Shown piece by piece: positions 61,293-64,000 of a stretch of DNA of 64,000 bases. The stretch spans positions 4,912 to 68,911 of the forward strand of contig JBAZYQ010000001.1 in assembly GCA_041659245.1 (NCBI GenBank). Direction: 5' to 3'. The notes beneath the pieces were generated by a model. It made no database searches. It saw only the letters and a list, made by a program, of their open reading frames with translations, and was not told the DNA's origin. The translations under genes and the position numbers were made by a program. The DNA comes from Candidatus Nanoarchaeia archaeon (GTDB lineage: Archaea > Nanobdellota > Nanobdellia > SCGC-AAA011-G17 > GW2011-AR17). How positions within the stretch are numbered: position 1 is the first letter of the stretch; each line of letters starts with the position of its first letter.

Positions 61293-61502
61293 ATGGATAC
61301 TACACTTGAAAAGTTATGCCAGTATCATAGCTGCAGTGGAAAGGCAATCAGCATAATCTGTGCAAATAAAACAGGCGAGGATCCAATTTATGCGCTTGCA
61401 TGCGAAACCCATGAGCCGGATATTATCAGGGACATGAAAGATTTGTATGTACCCATGGGGTATCTTATTTCAATCCTTGACATTGCGGAGGATATTCAGT
61501 AA
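61293..61502 (+). CDS. Small Cys/His protein, possible Zn finger
   Basis: GGGGGT SD before ATG 61293; CQYHSC...ACETH; TTTATATA at 61245-61252. Confidence 0.55.
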   Translation: MDTTLEKLCQYHSCSGKAISIICANKTGEDPIYALACETHEPDIIRDMKDLYVPMGYLISILDIAEDIQ

Positions 61503-61520
61503 AATAAGCAGGGGGATAAA

Positions 61521-61793
61521 ATGGACACAAACAAATTTTTGGACACGATGCTGGAAGACTTTGGGGTAAAAGCGCCTAAAGGCGTATCGCTTACAGTTGC
61601 TGTTAAAAGAAAAGACGGCTGGTCATATGGGGAATACAAGAATCCTGATGTGCTGATTGCTGTCAGCAGAGGAGATGACATACGGCTTTTCCCTGTCTGT
61701 GCAGAGCAGGCAAGGCAGAGGCTAAGCTCGCTGCAGGCATGGTTTGAGACAGATGGATACATAGTCGGGCAATACGATATAATTGTAAAATAA
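61521..61793 (+). CDS. Hypothetical protein (90 aa)
   Basis: GGGGGA SD before ATG; same strand and tightly spaced with its neighbours. Confidence 0.6.
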   Translation: MDTNKFLDTMLEDFGVKAPKGVSLTVAVKRKDGWSYGEYKNPDVLIAVSRGDDIRLFPVCAEQARQRLSSLQAWFETDGYIVGQYDIIVK

Positions 61794-61818
61794 AAAAATC
61801 TTGAAATAAAAAATCAAA

Positions 61819-62640
61819 ATGACAAAAGGCAAAATAAAAGCAGGACTGGCGGCAATCTTGGCAGCTGCTTCAGTGTCAGCTTCTAATGCAAAAGCAGAGG
61901 ATTTTGTTCCTGAAACAGATGATACAGTTACAATAGCTTTAACAGCAGGATACCAGGACAATAATCTTGAGGATTATTCTTCATTGGATTTTTCAGAAGG
62001 ATGGCAATTAAGAGGGCAGGGAGAATCAGCAGTCACTTTTTATCCCGGAGCGCAGCTTGTCACAAGGGGGCTTTTGGAAATAGACAATGTTAATTATTCA
62101 GACGGCAACGGGGAAAATCTTGTTGTTGACACAGATATTTCTGAATTATGGGAATGGGCTCACAGGGCAGAAACTTACGCATTGAATCTTGGCGCAGGTG
62201 TTAATTTTGACTGCAGGTATGAGACTGGAAATTATCTTGAAGTTCCAATAACAAAAACAATTTGCGGTGCAGGGCCTATGATTGATTTTACAATTGATTC
62301 AGAGTATGTTAATTTCGGGCTTAATTATGCTCTTGATTTTGGCACAATGGGAAATAATGTTCAGGGGTTCAATGATTTGATGAAGCACAAGCTGAGATTA
62401 AATCTTGGATTTCATCTTGGGCCTGTTGATGTTGAGGGCTATGTGCAGGGAGAGTATAATACTGCAATGGAAGGCGCAATAAACAGGGAAAATTTATTTT
62501 TATACGGCGGAACAAATGCAAAAATATGGGTGCATGAGAATGTTGCTTTGCAGGCAGGCTATGAATACATATGGTTTTATGGAGACCAGGACGGCGTTGA
62601 CAGCAATACTTACAGCCTTGGCTTAGTGGGGAGGTTTTGA
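61819..62640 (+). CDS. Secreted beta-strand-rich protein, outer-membrane beta-barrel-like; paralog of 60412-61191
   Basis: Signal peptide ending AKA; strands such as LRLNLGFHL, VEGYVQGEY, LQAGYEYIW; C-terminal YSLGLVGRF. Confidence 0.75.
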   Translation: MTKGKIKAGLAAILAAASVSASNAKAEDFVPETDDTVTIALTAGYQDNNLEDYSSLDFSEGWQLRGQGESAVTFYPGAQLVTRGLLEIDNVNYSDGNGENLVVDTDISELWEWAHRAETYALNLGAGVNFDCRYETGNYLEVPITKTICGAGPMIDFTIDSEYVNFGLNYALDFGTMGNNVQGFNDLMKHKLRLNLGFHLGPVDVEGYVQGEYNTAMEGAINRENLFLYGGTNAKIWVHENVALQAGYEYIWFYGDQDGVDSNTYSLGLVGRF

Positions 62641-64000
62641 TGGGAATTAAAAGCTGGCTTAAGAAAACAGGAATGGCAGTTTCATTAGCAGGCGCTTTGA
62701 CCGGTTGCGACATGCTTTCGCCTGAAGGAGAACAGGTAATACAGGATGCTGACGGAGTTTTGACAGCTGAAGAGCAGGCAAATGCCGAGCAGGCTCTTTC
62801 ACCTGACTATTATGCAAATGATTTCATTCCTTTCAAGCCGCTTGTGAATGACTTTAATGTTTTCATGGGAAATGAACTGGTTTCGCAGGGATTAAATGAA
62901 AGAAGGTTTGATGATGAACTGCATGTTTATATGGTAAATGATGAAGCTGAAATGAGAGAAAAATATACATACGGCAACAGGCCATGGGTGCCTCCCGCGT
63001 TTCACGGAGACACAAATTCCACTTTATACATACTGAAGAATTCATATATCCCTGCTGATTTCATAATGGCATTCACGCATGAGTCAGGGCATCATTTCAG
63101 AAGCTCTGCTTATGAGTTTCCTTCAAAGGCGTATGAAATGTATTTTGCATTCAGGGCTTACGGCTTTAACAGGAGAATTGGCTCTTTGTTTGCGGATTAC
63201 GCCTCTCCAGTCCCAATGTCCACTTCAGGGGATGAAAGCAGAAGGTGCCTTCCTGTTGATGAATACTTTGCAGGCGATTATCACAAATATTATTCATTTG
63301 GAGATCTTGGCTTTCTTATACAGGCAAACCTTGAAAACGGGAACCTGGAAAAGGCATTTAACAATATCCTTACAAGGCCCATACTTTATCTTGAGCAAAC
63401 AACTGTTGATGCTGCAAGGCAGTACGGCAACATGTGCGAAGTAGGACTTGGCGAGTTTAGAAAACTGCTGGAAAAGCCGGGCTTCAGGCAGGGGTTATTG
63501 AGGCACATGTCTCCTGAAGAGGCAAATGAGTTTACTGATTATCTGCTCATTAATGCAAATGACATTATGTCTGCTGTAAAATCAAACGAGGGCATGTATC
63601 CCAATATTTTGGAAAGGCAGGAGATGCTCCGCAATGAAGAACAATTCCTTGATTCATATCCTAATAACCCTTTTTTCAGGGGAAATGTTACTGAAATGAT
63701 TTCATATGGATATTACCTGAATGCATTGGACCTGCTTAACGATTCTGCGCAAATGGCTACAAATGCAGGGATAGTAAAAGCACATAAAATTGCAACAGAC
63801 ATAATCGCCTTAAATAAGGATTATCCGTGCCAGTATAAATTCTATGAGTGCATGGGCAAGGCTGCTGCAGTGAGGGCTTCACAAGCGCTAGGTTATTTAC
63901 TTGCAACATATTATCCAAATGAGCTCATAGCTTCAGGAGTTGAAACGCCTGAGACACTAATCTTAATACCTAATGAATATGCTTCAAAGTTTTATTCAAA
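62640..64000 (+). CDS. Putative lipoprotein with HExxH zinc-metallopeptidase motif (3' truncated)
   Basis: Not in the ORF track. ATG 62640 overlaps the upstream TGA; MGIKSWLKKTGMAVSLAGALTG-C lipobox; HESGH at 63078-63092 followed by E; frame open to the window end. Confidence 0.75.
   Translation, partial: MGIKSWLKKTGMAVSLAGALTGCDMLSPEGEQVIQDADGVLTAEEQANAEQALSPDYYANDFIPFKPLVNDFNVFMGNELVSQGLNERRFDDELHVYMVNDEAEMREKYTYGNRPWVPPAFHGDTNSTLYILKNSYIPADFIMAFTHESGHHFRSSAYEFPSKAYEMYFAFRAYGFNRRIGSLFADYASPVPMSTSGDESRRCLPVDEYFAGDYHKYYSFGDLGFLIQANLENGNLEKAFNNILTRPILYLEQTTVDAARQYGNMCEVGLGEFRKLLEKPGFRQGLLRHMSPEEANEFTDYLLINANDIMSAVKSNEGMYPNILERQEMLRNEEQFLDSYPNNPFFRGNVTEMISYGYYLNALDLLNDSAQMATNAGIVKAHKIATDIIALNKDYPCQYKFYECMGKAAAVRASQALGYLLATYYPNELIASGVETPETLILIPNEYASKFYS

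Overview
Archaeal chromosome segment, most consistent with a DPANN lineage (Woesearchaeota/Pacearchaeota-like). The evidence is a divergent archaeal 16S/23S, an AglB oligosaccharyltransferase, and TATA boxes about 20-30 nt upstream of many ATGs. Bases 1-53.7 kb form one large surface-glycosylation locus centred on aglB (30957-33668). It contains nucleotide-sugar enzymes (UDP-HexNAc dehydrogenase, Gmd/Rmd, a full GDP-heptose set GmhA-HddA-GmhB-HddC, a sugar C-methyltransferase plus aminotransferase), a Wzx-type flippase, four polyprenyl-phosphate-sugar synthase-like GT2s each near a GT-C-like membrane protein, six cobalamin-binding radical SAM enzymes and six SAM methyltransferases. Unusual elements in the locus: a ketopentose-phosphate operon with a GtrA-GtrA-RPE-nucleotidyltransferase-histidine phosphatase fusion, a circularly permuted HAD phosphatase, and one frameshifted GT-C gene. 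An rRNA operon follows (16S, tRNA-Ala, 23S; no linked 5S) with duplicated spacer motifs and a BHB on the 16S stem only. The right end holds an MFS transporter, two paralogous secreted proteins resembling bacterial outer-membrane beta-barrels, and a lipobox/HExxH protein running off the edge. No CRISPR array or transposase was seen. All calls come from motif reading by eye; no database searches were run.
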